64,000 nt of DNA from positions 320,001 to 384,000 of the forward strand of contig CAVUWV010000010.1 of assembly GCA_963745075.1 (NCBI GenBank), in the 5' to 3' direction. Source of the DNA: Candidatus Hydrogenedentota bacterium (lineage in GTDB: Bacteria; Hydrogenedentota; Hydrogenedentia; Hydrogenedentales; SLHB01). Shown in pieces: positions 8,782 through 19,882 of the stretch. A program made the position numbers and the translations under genes. How positions within the stretch are numbered: the first letter of the stretch is position 1; each line of letters starts with the position of its first letter. The notes below the pieces were generated by a model. The model worked only from the letters and a program-made list of their open reading frames with translations. It had not been told where the DNA came from and made no database searches.

Positions 8782-9846
8782 CTACCCCGACAGCAGCGCG
8801 AGGCAGCTTTCGTACGCCATTTCCGGCGTGATGGCGTGAAGCCGCTTGCGGGCTGTGGCCAGATCGCAGGGACCCGCCTGGCCGTCCGTAAGCGCTCGGT
8901 GGGGTTGCTGATAGGGTGCATGCTGCCTCGGATCGGTGCCGCCGAACAGCGCGACTACCGGCGTCCCCATCGCCCACGCAATGTGCATGGGTCCCGTATC
9001 GCCACCCACGTACAGGTCGGCCCGGTACAACATCCAGGCCAGGTGCTTGAGGTCGGGCGTTTCGGGCCCCACCATGGGCAGGCGCTGCGTCTTCCCCAGG
9101 ATTTCCCGCACCACCTCCAGTTGTCCCGGGCCCCACGTCAGCACCACTTCAAAACGCCCGTCAGCCAGCAGCCGATCGGAAAGCCGCGCAAAATGTTCGA
9201 GGGGCCACTGTTTTTCCGGGCGTTCCACCGGCGCGTGCAATGCGATCACCCGTTTGCCGCCGTCAAACGTCGCCTCGAAATAATCGTCCACCGTCCGCTG
9301 CACGTCAAACGGCACGCAGACAATAGGGTGCGGCCAGGCGCAACCGGGAACCAGGGTCTGGCAGAGGCGATGGTTTTCATCGCACCGGTTCAAAAGCTCC
9401 TTCGGCAACGGAACCTTGCGATTGGTAAATAGGAAACTGCCTTCCTGGCTGCGAGGCCGCGCAAACCCGATCCGGTCTTTCGCCCCAGCATACCGGGTCA
9501 GGAGACCGCTCTTTAGAATGCCGTGGAAATCCAGCACGATGTCGTAATGGTTGTCCCGAATCGAACGGCATAAACCCATGAACTCGCGCACCGCGTCGAT
9601 GAGACGCTCTGGGCGTTGAAAAATCAGGACCCCGTCGAGCGATGGATGGCCCTGGATAACCTCAACCGACTTGCGCTCGATCACCCAGTCGAGATGAGCC
9701 TCGGGATAAGCGTCGCGGAGAATTTGCAGGGCAGGGAGCACGCGCACGACATCGCCGATCGCACTCAGCCGGACGATAAGAATCCGCGGCGAACCTCCGA
9801 CCATGAGTGTGCCCTGAACCTCCTCGTTCCGGTTGCGCGCGTCCAC
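8782..9846 (-). CDS. Glycosyltransferase family 9 (LPS heptosyltransferase-like)
   Basis: 'ILIVRLSAIGDVV', 'KQWPLEHF', 'GGDTGPMHIAWAMGTPVVALFG'. Confidence 0.92.
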   Translation of the reverse strand: MDARNRNEEVQGTLMVGGSPRILIVRLSAIGDVVRVLPALQILRDAYPEAHLDWVIERKSVEVIQGHPSLDGVLIFQRPERLIDAVREFMGLCRSIRDNHYDIVLDFHGILKSGLLTRYAGAKDRIGFARPRSQEGSFLFTNRKVPLPKELLNRCDENHRLCQTLVPGCAWPHPIVCVPFDVQRTVDDYFEATFDGGKRVIALHAPVERPEKQWPLEHFARLSDRLLADGRFEVVLTWGPGQLEVVREILGKTQRLPMVGPETPDLKHLAWMLYRADLYVGGDTGPMHIAWAMGTPVVALFGGTDPRQHAPYQQPHRALTDGQAGPCDLATARKRLHAITPEMAYESCLALLSG

Positions 9847-9897
9847 GCCGGCGGGGGATAACTCGGAAAGCGAAGACGCCGTAAACTTGAAGAAATA

Positions 9898-9989
9898 TGG
9901 CGGAGAGGGCGGGATTCGAACCCGCGGAACCCCGTTAAGAGTTCACACGCTTTCCAAGCGTGCGCCTTCAACCACTCGGCCACCTCTCC
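9898..9989 (-). tRNA. tRNA-Ser(GGA)
   Basis: Minus strand GGAGAGG...CACGC-TTGGAAA-GCGTG, long variable arm, GGTTCGAATCC, then CCTCTCC-G-CCA. Confidence 0.97.
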
Positions 9990-10252
9990 CCCGAATGCCC
10001 GGCAGGGATTTCCTGGAGCAAACTCGGAATTCTAGTCCGCGCATGACGAAGAAGTCAATGCTCCGACGCCAAGGACGGCTGCCCAGCGTCGTTTTGATCG
10101 CGAGGGATTCCGAGATGTATGACGCTCCCAGTCTGGCTACGACACACCGTCGCGCGATTGCCCCGCAAATTCTAGGCGAGTGGCGCCAGCGTTTTGCGTG
10201 GCGTAAGATAGGACGATTCGCAGTAGCAATACCGACCAGCGGGAGCATTGCC

Positions 10253-12768
10253 ATGAACACGCCAACCCACCTCCAATCCTTCCGTATAACGCTCGTGTGC
10301 ATAGGGTTACTTGTCTTGACCGGAGGCCTCGCCTTCGCCGGCGAGGTGTCGCTGCTCCCGCCTGGGGAGGTCCCCGCAGGGGCTTGGCGCTATTCGGAGG
10401 GCGCAGAGTTCCCCGGCGCGGCAGGCTCCATCCAGACGAACCAGGACGGCAGCCTCGAACTCCACTACGACTTCACGGGCGGCGGCAACTATGTGGGCGT
10501 GTATTGCAATCTGACCCCGTCGCGCTCCATTGCGCGGGTGTCGTTTCGCATGAAGAAACCGGTCGACGCCGAGATATCCATTCGCGTGACGGACAGCACG
10601 GACCAGACGTTTCAAAAGGGGGTCCTGTACTCGAATAACGAATGGCAGCGGTTGTCCTTCGACCTGCAGACTGGTCGGCCCATTGGGGCGGACCTGACGA
10701 CGGGGCGGTACGGCAACCGATCAAATCGATTGCGATTCTCGTCGAGAACCAACACCTGAGTTCGTCGCGCGGAAGCCTGACCATCGCCAACGTCGTCGCG
10801 GAGACGACGAGCGGCGAAGCCATCGTCTCGCAAGACGGGCCCCATACCGGCGCGTACCAAGTCACCGACTTCGGAAACGACGCGGGTTTCGGTGCGTCGG
10901 GCCGATTGAACGACAGTATGTGGTCCGTGGACTTCAGCAAAACGGCTTCCGCGTCGTTGTCAAATTCCATGTCGCTTTTCGGCCATCCCGAGGAATTGAG
11001 CCTGCATGTCCAGGGGGGTCTGCCGGGAAGCACCTTGACGATCTACCTGGGTTCCCACTTCCAGACCTTTAGCAGACAACTCGGCGTGCTGGACGGCGGC
11101 GATCAAACCTTTACGGTGCCGACGCCGCCTGAGGGGTGGGAATACAGCGGCGGCGAAAACGACGGCAAAGTGCGGTATCCCTTGCGGGTGGCGCGGCTCC
11201 AGTGGGACCGCGCGAACAGCGCCGCGGAGCTGTCCAACCTGCAACTCGTCGAGCTGCGCTGCAAAACCGAAGTGACTCCCGGCCGCGTGGTGACCGTCCT
11301 CGCGTCGATGGCTGGCGACAACCCGAAAGCCCTCACCGCAACCTGCCGCGCATGGAACCTCCTCGACCACGACATCACCGGGACGCTCGAAACCACGGTC
11401 CGCGATTGGCAGGGGAATGTGATGCAGGTTCAGAAGACGTTCTGGACGCTCCTCGCCAACGGTACGCCGACGAACGAAAGCATCCCGGTGTTCGTACCGG
11501 ACAAACTGAATTTCGCCGACGTGGAGTTTCATTTCACGGCGGGCGCCTCCGTCGACGTCGCGGCCCATACGACGTACACGCGCCCCCTCGCGGATGCGGG
11601 CGAAACGACGCTGCAACCGGAATCGCCCTGGGGCATGGGCGTCTATCTCTATCGGTACGGCGACAACGCACAGATGGATCAGGCGGCCGCAATGGCTCAG
11701 GCCGCGGGCGTGAAATGGTCGCGTGAAGAGTTCAGTTGGGCCCGCACGGAACCGCAGCGAGGCGAATACGACTTCCACTTCTACGACACGGTGGTCGATA
11801 CGGCACATCGCCATGGCATCAGCGTCTACGGACTCCTGTCCTACTGGTCGTCGTGGACGAAGCCGTATACGGAAGAAGGCATCGACGATTTCTGCACGTG
11901 GGCGAAGGAAGTCGTCAAACGGTACAAAGGCCGCATCAAACACTGGGAAGTGTACAACGAACCCAACATCTTCTTCTGGCAAGGCCCGAAGGAGTTGTAC
12001 CCGGTTCTCCTGACACGGTGCTACGAAGCGATCAAGTCCGTTGACCCGGATGCCGACGTGCTGGGGATGTCTACCGCCGGCATCGACACGAAGTTTATCC
12101 AGGCCGGCCTCGATGCGGGTGCGCCCTTCGACATCCTCACGATTCACCCGTACCGCGCGGTTATGGCCGAACCGGGCTTCATGAAAGAGCTGCGCGAGGT
12201 CGCCCGGCAAGTGAACAACCGGCCGGTGTGGATCACCGAGATGGGTTGGTCGACGCAAATCAACGGCGGCAAGGACGAACTGACCCAGGCCCAACTCCTC
12301 GCGCGCAGTTATCTCGCCGCCATCGCCTCGGGCGCCTGCCAGAATATCAGTTGGTACGATTTTCGCAACGACGGCACCGACCCCTTCTATAACGAAGCCA
12401 ACTTCGGCGTGCTCCGCGCAGACATGACGCCCAAACCCGCCTATCGCGCGCTCGCCACCGTCTGCCGCACGCTCGACTCCGGCGCGCCGGAGTCGGTCGA
12501 GTCCTTTGGCGACGACGTCATCGGTCTACAGATGGGCGACACGACGGCATTGTGGTCGCCGTTCAAGGAGATCATCCTCCACGTCAAACCCCAAGGCGAT
12601 AGGTTGCAGATCAAGAACCTCATGGGCGAAGCGCTGACGCCCAAAAAGGAAGGCGAGACTATCGTGCTTCACCTGCAGCCCGGCGCACCGATCTTCTTGA
12701 CCGGCCCCGCCGTGAAGCGGTCCGGCAAACCCCAAGTCGTAGAAGCGGAGGACGTGTTGCAGTTCTGA
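10253..12768 (+). CDS. Secreted clan GH-A glycoside hydrolase (GH39/GH5-like) with N-terminal beta-sandwich domains; frameshift near 10670
   Basis: Signal peptide after ATG 10253; 'WEVYNEPN' acid/base and 'VWITEMGWS' nucleophile motifs; 'FGVLRADMTPKPAY'. Confidence 0.82.
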
Positions 12769-12878
12769 ACGTTCTTACCTGCGCGATTATCGCTCGTCGT
12801 AATCGTAATCGAAAAACGCATAACCCAGCGATCGACCAGAAATTTCGACTACGATCACGATCGCGAAGAATCTCAAGC

Positions 12879-12915
12879 AAAACCGCCCCGGCCGAGTCTT
12901 CCCCAGCCGGGGCGG
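12879..12915 (-). terminator. Probable intrinsic terminator of the methyltransferase gene
   Basis: CCGCCCCGGC/GCCGGGGCGG stem followed by a T-run on the minus strand, between convergent genes. Confidence 0.6.
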
Positions 12916-12937
12916 ATCGACTTCCACTCCTGCGCGA

Positions 12938-13999
12938 TTACGGACGCGCTTCCAGAATCAGGTTAAACGGCGTTTCCGTCGCGCGCCGGAACGACCGGAA
13001 CCCGCCGGTAACTGCCACCTTACGAATGCGGCCTTCTCCCGCCTGTGCGCCGAGGGCCATCTTCACTTCCTGGCTTAACGACGTGGGCGTGCACACTGCC
13101 GTCGAGAACCCATAGTACACCCGGCCCACCGGGTTCAGGTTGTCCTCGAGGTTGTCTTCCGCGTACGGCTCGACCAGCATCCACGTGCCGTCCGGCTTCA
13201 AGGTCTCGCGGATGTGCGAGGCCGCACCGACCGGATCGCCCATGTCGTGCAGGCAGTCGAACGTCGTGACCAAGTCGTAGTTCTGACCGGGGAAATCCTT
13301 CGCAGCCGCCACTTCAAACCGGATGTTCGTGATGCCGTTCTTCTTCGCCGCGTCCCGCGCGCAACGAATCGATTCTTCGTGCGAGTCGAACCCGACGAAG
13401 GTCGAATTCGGGTAGGCTTCCGCCATGATCATCGTAGACAACCCATGGCCGCAGCCCACGTCCGCAACGAATGCGCCCGCCTCGAGCTTCCCGGTCACGC
13501 CTTCCAGCGCCGGCAACCATTCCGAGACCAAGTGTGCCTGATAGCCCGGACGGAAGAACTTCGCGGTGCCGCAGAATAAGCATCCGTCATGGTCGCCCCA
13601 CCCGATGCCTTCGCCGGTGCGGAAGACGCCCGTCAACCGCGGCTCGTCCTTGTACACCGCCGCCGCCGAGTAGAATCCGCCCGTCATCAGAAAGGGACTT
13701 TCATCGCTGGCGAAGATCATCGTCTGCTCGGGCGTCATGTAAAACTGTTTCGTGGCCGGGTCGTACTCGACGTAGCCCGACGCCGCCTGGGCCGACAGCC
13801 ACTCCCGAACGTACCGCTCGTTGGTCCCCGTTTGATCGGCCAAGTCCTCCGGCGTGAGGGGGCCGTTCGCGCTAATCGCTCGATAAAGCCCCAGTTTGTC
13901 GCCCGTGATTACGAGCGCGCCGTTGACGACCGCGCCCAAATCTCCCACCGTTTTGACCACCATTTCATGCAGTTTCTCTTCATTCATTACCGTAGCCAT
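12938..13999 (-). CDS. SAM-dependent methyltransferase with N-terminal winged helix (Rv2258c-like)
   Basis: 'GDKLGLYRA', 'ERYVREWL', 'VADVGCGHG', 'FDCLHDMGDP', 'TPFNLILEARP'. Confidence 0.9.
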   Translation of the reverse strand: MATVMNEEKLHEMVVKTVGDLGAVVNGALVITGDKLGLYRAISANGPLTPEDLADQTGTNERYVREWLSAQAASGYVEYDPATKQFYMTPEQTMIFASDESPFLMTGGFYSAAAVYKDEPRLTGVFRTGEGIGWGDHDGCLFCGTAKFFRPGYQAHLVSEWLPALEGVTGKLEAGAFVADVGCGHGLSTMIMAEAYPNSTFVGFDSHEESIRCARDAAKKNGITNIRFEVAAAKDFPGQNYDLVTTFDCLHDMGDPVGAASHIRETLKPDGTWMLVEPYAEDNLEDNLNPVGRVYYGFSTAVCTPTSLSQEVKMALGAQAGEGRIRKVAVTGGFRSFRRATETPFNLILEARP

Positions 14000-14053
14000 G
14001 GTGCTTTCCTCCCAGGACTGGTTGGTACTGCTCCCTTGCATTTAGACCGATAA

Positions 14054-14077
14054 GTTAAACCGGCTGGCCGGTTTAAC
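14054..14077. promoter_or_regulatory. Putative TetR operator (TAAACC-N8-GGTTTA) upstream of the methyltransferase
   Basis: GTTAAACCGGC-TG-GCCGGTTTAAC palindrome. Confidence 0.65.
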
Positions 14078-14102
14078 GCCTTGCCAAATAAGGTTCCCGC
14101 CG

Positions 14103-14687
14103 CTAAACAGCGACCAGGGATTCGAGGTACTGCCGAAACCACCGCTGACTCTTGCGGATCCGTTCGGGGTCGCTATGCGCGCGCCCCATCACAATGCTCC
14201 CCTCCAGAATGGCCAGATACGTCTCCGCCAATTCCGCTGCCGTCGGGTGGCCGCCGTCCTCATTCGCAAACGGCGCCAGCAGGGGGGCGATCGCGCCGGC
14301 CAACCCATTGAAAATCTCACTCACGCGCTCTTGTAAACGCGGATTGGTCCGGGCTGCGCCCACGGCGAAGTTGCCAAATAGGCACCCCGTCCGTTGCAGT
14401 TGATCCGCCTTGGCCTCCATGTAGTCGAGGTAACCGAAGGCCCGCTCCACCGGGTCCGGGAGCTTCATGAACTCTGCCCCCCGGATATCCTCCACGGAAA
14501 ATCGGTAGTAAGTGGAGATGGCCGCCAGACCCAAATCCTCCTTCGACTCGAAGAAGTGGTAGAAGCTGCCCTTGCTCACCCCGGCCTTCTCGCAAATCTC
14601 GTCGACAGTCGTGACCATGTAGTCCTTATCCGCCATGATCGCGAGGGCCGCGTCGAGGAGTTTATCTTTTGCCGTGATTCGTGCCAT
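14103..14687 (-). CDS. TetR/AcrR-family regulator (NemR-like)
   Basis: HTH 'TTVDEICEKAGVSKGSFYHFFESKEDL'; 'GCLFGN'. Confidence 0.93.
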   Translation of the reverse strand: MARITAKDKLLDAALAIMADKDYMVTTVDEICEKAGVSKGSFYHFFESKEDLGLAAISTYYRFSVEDIRGAEFMKLPDPVERAFGYLDYMEAKADQLQRTGCLFGNFAVGAARTNPRLQERVSEIFNGLAGAIAPLLAPFANEDGGHPTAAELAETYLAILEGSIVMGRAHSDPERIRKSQRWFRQYLESLVAV

Positions 14688-14696
14688 GCTCCGATT

Positions 14697-14718
14697 CTAA
14701 ACCAACTAGTCGGTTTAG
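14697..14718. promoter_or_regulatory. Putative TetR autoregulatory operator
   Basis: CTAAACCAACTAGTCGGTTTAG, about 10 bp upstream of the tetR start, with the same half-sites as 14054-14077. Confidence 0.65.
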
Positions 14719-14815
14719 TCAAGTGGTTTTTTCGAAATTCTTTCGCAATTCAAGCATAAGATGTCATAATACGGCACTTTACGGATTGAAAAATGGCCGG
14801 ACAACCAGCCGGCTT

Positions 14816-15535
14816 TCACCAGATTCCGGGGACCAGCCGGTATCGAACCCGCGCCGCGTAATCCCGGTAGCCGTCCAATTCGCACTGCAGCAGCTTGTCT
14901 TCCCAGGCCGTGCGAGCGACCAGCCCGGCGACGAAGACACTCGCCGGAATCAAGGCATACGCGGATCCCAACATGCACGGGATGGCGAGAAACATGACGC
15001 TCACCCCGACATACATGGGATGGCGCACGTAGGCGTACGGCCCCGTCGAAATAACGCGGTGACCCCGGTCAGATTGGATTCGAACGGTCTTGACCAGGAA
15101 CGGGTTGGCCGCCATGGCCCAGACCATCACGGCGTCGCCCAGCACGTGAACGACGACCGCGAGTCCCAGCACCCACACCGGGATCGTGGAGAGCCCGTAT
15201 CGCTCCGCGTCCAACCCTGCCACCACGGGAAGGGCGAGAACCGCCGGCGCGATGACGAGAACCATCAACAGCAGGTCAAACCGCGACGCGAATCGTTGTC
15301 GCTTCATCCGCTGCCGGATAATTTCGGGATTGACCCGCCGGAGAACGGCAAAATTGACGGCAAACGTGAGAATCCAGACCGCCAGGTGAAGCCACGCCCG
15401 GGGCCAATCCAGCGTGCCGGCCGGCCAGAATAGAAGGGTCCCCCATATCCCAAGGCTGGCGAGAGATTGTATGACCGCAGCCGCCACGGTCTTCATGGAC
15501 AGCCCACCATCGCCTTGCAATTGCGTCTCCGCCAA
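14816..15535 (-). CDS. Isoprenylcysteine carboxyl methyltransferase/PEMT-family membrane protein
   Basis: 'HRVISTGPYAYVRHPMY', 'EDKLL...GYRDYAARVRYRLVPGIW'. Confidence 0.9.
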   Translation of the reverse strand: MAETQLQGDGGLSMKTVAAAVIQSLASLGIWGTLLFWPAGTLDWPRAWLHLAVWILTFAVNFAVLRRVNPEIIRQRMKRQRFASRFDLLLMVLVIAPAVLALPVVAGLDAERYGLSTIPVWVLGLAVVVHVLGDAVMVWAMAANPFLVKTVRIQSDRGHRVISTGPYAYVRHPMYVGVSVMFLAIPCMLGSAYALIPASVFVAGLVARTAWEDKLLQCELDGYRDYAARVRYRLVPGIW

Positions 15536-15550
15536 TCCGCCCGACCTTCC

Positions 15551-15940
15551 TCAGAAGAAAAACCCCATGTGCGTAAACACCCACGTCGCCGCTACGACAG
15601 TCGCCGCAATCGCGCACGCGCCGTAAACCGCAATCCCGCGCCGCCACCCTCGCGCCCGCCACAACGCGGGTCGAATTCCCAGAGCGAGCAACGGCCACAG
15701 CAATGCGCCCGTCAACAGCACCCAAAACGGTATCAGTCGCGGCGTCAATTCGCCGCCGTCGAAGAACAGGTGGTCGACCCACACCGCCGCATAGAGCGGC
15801 ACCGCCCGCAACGCCATATCCACCGCCAGCAACGGCGTCAAACCGGGAACGAACAGGGCCACGTACGTAAGACAGGGCAGCGTGAGGAATGCGAACAGAA
15901 AGAGCAGAATGATACGTGCCCGGAGACTGGTCCGGTTCAT
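15551..15940 (-). CDS. Hypothetical membrane protein
   Basis: 129 aa with three hydrophobic segments; GGAGG RBS. Confidence 0.65.
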   Translation of the reverse strand: MNRTSLRARIILLFLFAFLTLPCLTYVALFVPGLTPLLAVDMALRAVPLYAAVWVDHLFFDGGELTPRLIPFWVLLTGALLWPLLALGIRPALWRARGWRRGIAVYGACAIAATVVAATWVFTHMGFFF

Positions 15941-16106
15941 GGCAATCCCTCCTTCATGCCCGAAGTGCCGTTGGCTCTTACGCTACCACGATGCACGCAA
16001 ATCGGCAAGAAACACAGGGCGCTCCCAGCGGGGTCAAAAAATGAACCTTGGCGCATCCGAAACGTTATGGTATTAAGGCAAACTGGAAAGCAGCACGACG
16101 AACGCT

Positions 16107-16772
16107 ATGGAGCCGTATATGCATCGACGCACATTCCTGGGACTCGCATCCATAGCCCTCTTGCACGGCTGTGGACGGGACAAAGCGTATGGCAAGCCGA
16201 GTGATCTTCCGGCCAATCACGACGAAACCGCCCCCCACACCATACGGGATCTCATCCGCGAGTCCGGCTATTACGGTCGCGACGCCAACAGCATCATTGG
16301 TCTGGTCGCGCTGGACTACGACGAGAACTTTGGCCCCGTGAATCGCCCCTTCCGCATGGCACTTGTGATTGATCCCGATGACGGAGAGCGTATCGACAAC
16401 TTCTTTGACGGCATTCCCGTGAAACCCGGCGAGCACCCCATCGTGGGGGACGGCAATACGTGGTTTCGCGTACCGCGCCTGGATTCCGCGAACATCAAGT
16501 TCAGCAAGAGCGTGCGGCTCTTCTCCGACCACTTCCCCGACTGGCTCGACCGGGACTTCCAACTAACATTCAAAGAGTTCAAAGGACACGCCTATTACCT
16601 CGAGAACGTACCCAAGGGACTGGCGTTCATCTGGTTCCAAACCGGTTTCGATGGCAACCGCGTGACCCAGTTCCCATTGGCCGTTCGCTTGGACCCAAAC
16701 CCCAAAGCACTTACGCGCCTGGATCTCCACATCCGAAACACCCGCGAGGAAATCCCGTTCCATACGCTGTAA
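16107..16772 (+). CDS. Hypothetical lipoprotein with a Tat-like signal
   Basis: 'MHRRTFLGLASIALLHGC' (twin Arg plus lipobox-like Cys). Confidence 0.65.
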   Translation: MEPYMHRRTFLGLASIALLHGCGRDKAYGKPSDLPANHDETAPHTIRDLIRESGYYGRDANSIIGLVALDYDENFGPVNRPFRMALVIDPDDGERIDNFFDGIPVKPGEHPIVGDGNTWFRVPRLDSANIKFSKSVRLFSDHFPDWLDRDFQLTFKEFKGHAYYLENVPKGLAFIWFQTGFDGNRVTQFPLAVRLDPNPKALTRLDLHIRNTREEIPFHTL

Positions 16773-16895
16773 GTAGGACGGGAATGGTTCCCGTCCAGTC
16801 CGTTCTGATTGACGTTATGCTTCGCCATCAACCATCGCCCTTCGGAGAGATTGAGTCTTACTGACCTCGCGGGACGGGAACCATTCCCGTCTTAC
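16773..16895. repeat. GTAG-type REP doublet between convergent genes
   Basis: GTAGGACGGGAATGGTTCCCGTCC (16773-16796) and inverted GGACGGGAACCATTCCCGTCTTAC (16872-16895). Confidence 0.8.
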
Positions 16896-17971
16896 CGAAA
16901 CCGAATCGAGTACACCGCACATCCGTAGACGCACAAACCGGCAATCCCACCGACCAACCAGTTCACGAGAAGAAAGACAACGGCAAGGGAGCCAAGTATC
17001 AGTTCGGAGCAGACAGCAGTCAACGCATACGTGACCGTGAACACGAGGGCCAACCAGCCGTTGGTTAAATCTACCGTGGTACCCGGCGATTCGGGCCGAT
17101 AAAACGCGCGACAACGAATGAGCGCCGCGGCAAGCAGTGCGTACAATACGGCGATGACCACATTCCCGGTCATGCCGGGCAGCGACTCGGGCCGTATAAC
17201 TCTTCCGGTGAAAAGGTACAGCACGATCAGGAGCATGATGCACACGACAAGGCCTTTGGTACCCGGCAAGAGCGACGCCATCGTGTACCGCGTACCGGTC
17301 CCGCGCGTCCGCCACAGCCAAATCAGAAGCAGAAGCAACAGACCGTTACTCACGATGGAGAAAACCGCAGTTCCAAGGCCCGTCGGACTCCCGCTCGTGA
17401 GCAGTCCGCAACCCACCGCAAATCCGACTACCCAGCGCAACAGCCGTTTACCCGACGTCAACGCGGCGCGAACGCGCGCGGGCAACACGTCAAGCACGCT
17501 TCGCGAACCGGTCAGCAGCGTTTCGGCAACCAGCAGCGGCACGAAGAAGGCCATAAGCGGATGCCACCACAGGACCAGTAGTACGACGTGCGCCCAGGCG
17601 ACGCCACCCAACGACAACGCGACCTCCTGGCCCCACGGTGGGTCGAAGAGCACTTTCGTAATGTAGGCTTCGTAAAGTCCGAAAAGCGCCCCGGCAAAAC
17701 ACAGCCCCTGCCACGTCAACATACGGAACCGTACGAGGATCGTCGTGAGCACGAGAATATGCAGCGTGTACAACGGCGTTGTGATTAGAATCCCCCAGGG
17801 AGAAAAAAAGGGATAGGGAGAAGACCCCACGACCACTTCCGCGAATGCCGTCGAAAGCATGCCCAACAGCAGCCAGAATCCCACCTTCAAAGGTCGCGGC
17901 GGATCTGATCCCTTCGCAGTTACGGTAGCTTCCATCCGGCATCCCCCCATCGTGTTCGTCGTAATGGTCAA
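16892..17971 (-). CDS. Hypothetical polytopic membrane protein
   Basis: About ten hydrophobic segments; 'GALFGLYEAYITKVL'; start uncertain. Confidence 0.7.
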   Translation of the reverse strand: MTITTNTMGGCRMEATVTAKGSDPPRPLKVGFWLLLGMLSTAFAEVVVGSSPYPFFSPWGILITTPLYTLHILVLTTILVRFRMLTWQGLCFAGALFGLYEAYITKVLFDPPWGQEVALSLGGVAWAHVVLLVLWWHPLMAFFVPLLVAETLLTGSRSVLDVLPARVRAALTSGKRLLRWVVGFAVGCGLLTSGSPTGLGTAVFSIVSNGLLLLLLIWLWRTRGTGTRYTMASLLPGTKGLVVCIMLLIVLYLFTGRVIRPESLPGMTGNVVIAVLYALLAAALIRCRAFYRPESPGTTVDLTNGWLALVFTVTYALTAVCSELILGSLAVVFLLVNWLVGGIAGLCVYGCAVYSIRFR

Positions 17972-18109
17972 GACACCACAATGGGAAGAACGGTTACACG
18001 GGCGGCCTGCGGTGTACGCGCACGGTCGCCGACCGCGCGAACGGGTTCTCGGCCGTTTAACGGGCAGGGGAGAGAGATGCCGCGCTCGGCGAGCACGGCA
18101 CTACTTGAA

Positions 18110-18991
18110 TTAAAACGCCGGCCCCAGCCGCTTGCCGTTGTCGTCCCAGCGATAAAACCCCTCGCCGGATTTCGCGCCGAGTTTGCCTTCGCCCACAAGT
18201 TTGTGGAGCAACTCGGGGGCCTTCGGCGCGTATTCGGGATCGAGTTCGTGCATGACGTTGAACGCGTTCAACGATACGTCCAGCCCCGCCAGGTCGGCGA
18301 TGCACAACGGCCCGACGCGCATATTGAAACCGTCGCACATGCCCCGGTCGATGTCTTCGATGGAGCCTACGCCGCGCTCGACCAACCGCACCGCCTCGCA
18401 GGCCATCGCGCCGAAGATCCGGTTCATGAGGAACCCCGGGATGTCCTGTTTCACCAGCACCGGATTTTTCCCGAGCGCGCTCGCAAAATCCATCACCGAC
18501 GCGATCGTGGTCTCGTCGGTTTGCGGATTCGGAATCACTTCCACCAACCGCATGAGCGGCACCGGCCCGAAGAAGTGCATGCCGATAAACCGATCCGGCC
18601 GCTCCGTCGCACCGGCCAGTCGCGTGATCGGGATGGTGGAGGTGTTCGACGCGAAGACCGCGTTCCCATTGCAGATCGCATCGAGTTCGCCCAGCACCTT
18701 GAGTTTCAAATCGATGGCTTCATACACCGCTTCGATGAGGAGATCCGCGTCCGCGGCCGCATCGTACGACATGGCCGTCTCGATCCGGTTCAGGATGCAG
18801 TCGACCGAATCCGTCACCGCGCCTTTGAGAACGAGCTTCTCGACGGACCATTGAATCGTGCGGCGCGCCCGATCCAAACGTTCCGGATCGATATCGATGA
18901 GCGCAACGTCAAACCGGGCCTGCGCGCAGACCTGCGCGATCCCGCAGCCCATGAATCCCGAACCCACAATGGCGACCTTGTGAAACTTCAT
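18110..18991 (-). CDS. 3-hydroxyacyl-CoA (3-hydroxybutyryl-CoA) dehydrogenase
   Basis: 'VAIVGSGFMGCGIAQ', 'FASNTSTIPIT', 'IGMHFF.PV', 'GKLGAKSGEGFY'. Confidence 0.93.
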   Translation of the reverse strand: MKFHKVAIVGSGFMGCGIAQVCAQARFDVALIDIDPERLDRARRTIQWSVEKLVLKGAVTDSVDCILNRIETAMSYDAAADADLLIEAVYEAIDLKLKVLGELDAICNGNAVFASNTSTIPITRLAGATERPDRFIGMHFFGPVPLMRLVEVIPNPQTDETTIASVMDFASALGKNPVLVKQDIPGFLMNRIFGAMACEAVRLVERGVGSIEDIDRGMCDGFNMRVGPLCIADLAGLDVSLNAFNVMHELDPEYAPKAPELLHKLVGEGKLGAKSGEGFYRWDDNGKRLGPAF

Positions 18992-19090
18992 GGCACGCGC
19001 TCCTATCGGAAGGACGAAGATTTGCGCCAAACTCCCGCACGGTCAATCTCGCGAATGCGGGAGTCTATTTTACCATCCTGGTTGCAAACG

Positions 19091-19855
19091 CTACGTCGTG
19101 TACCCGCCGTCGCACGTAATGACCGCGCCGGTCGTGTAACTCGCCGCGTCCGACGCCAGATAAATCGCCGCGCCGACGATTTCGCTGGGTTGCGCGTGGC
19201 GGCCCATGGGCGTCTGGTCCTTGAAGAATCGGTACATCTCGGGTGTCTCGATCAACAGCGACGCAAACTTCGTCTCGACCAACCCGGGCGCGATCGCATT
19301 GCACCGCACGTTCGCACCGCCCAGTTCCTTGGCGAACATCTTCGTCATGGCGATTACGGCCGCCTTCGTGACCCCGTACACGCCTTGCATGGGCGGCGGC
19401 GATATCCCGGCGATGGACGCGATGTTGACGATCGATCCGCCGCCCTGCGCCACCATCATGCGGGCGGCATGTTGGGTCATGAGGAAGTAGCCCTTCACGT
19501 TCACTTCAAACGTCTTGTCAAACGCGCCCTCGGCAATGTCCACCGCCGGTCCGAAATATGGATTGGTTGCCGCATTGTTCACGAGGATATCCACGCGGCC
19601 CAGTTCGCTCTTGACGCGATCGAAAAGTGCCGCAATCGCCTCGGACTTGCCCGTGTGACACGCAATGGGCACGGCCTTGCCGCCCGCGGAATGGATGGAC
19701 CCCGCAACCGCGTCGAGCCCTTCCTGTTTGCGCGAACTCAGCACCACCGTCGCGCCCTGTTCCGCGAATCCCCGGGCAATGGCCTCGCCGATGCCCCGGC
19801 TCGCGCCCGTCACGATGGCGATCTTGTCGGTCAAATTGAACTCGGCAATAGCCAT
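19091..19855 (-). CDS. Short-chain dehydrogenase/reductase
   Basis: 'TGASRGIG', 'NNAA', YxxxK 'YGVTK'. Confidence 0.93.
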   Translation of the reverse strand: MAIAEFNLTDKIAIVTGASRGIGEAIARGFAEQGATVVLSSRKQEGLDAVAGSIHSAGGKAVPIACHTGKSEAIAALFDRVKSELGRVDILVNNAATNPYFGPAVDIAEGAFDKTFEVNVKGYFLMTQHAARMMVAQGGGSIVNIASIAGISPPPMQGVYGVTKAAVIAMTKMFAKELGGANVRCNAIAPGLVETKFASLLIETPEMYRFFKDQTPMGRHAQPSEIVGAAIYLASDAASYTTGAVITCDGGYTT

Positions 19856-19882
19856 AGATTCTCCTTGCAGCACCTTCATTAT

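Noticed and set aside
9898..9989. tRNA-Ser as an island integration site
   Set aside because: No integrase or duplicated tRNA 3' end was seen.
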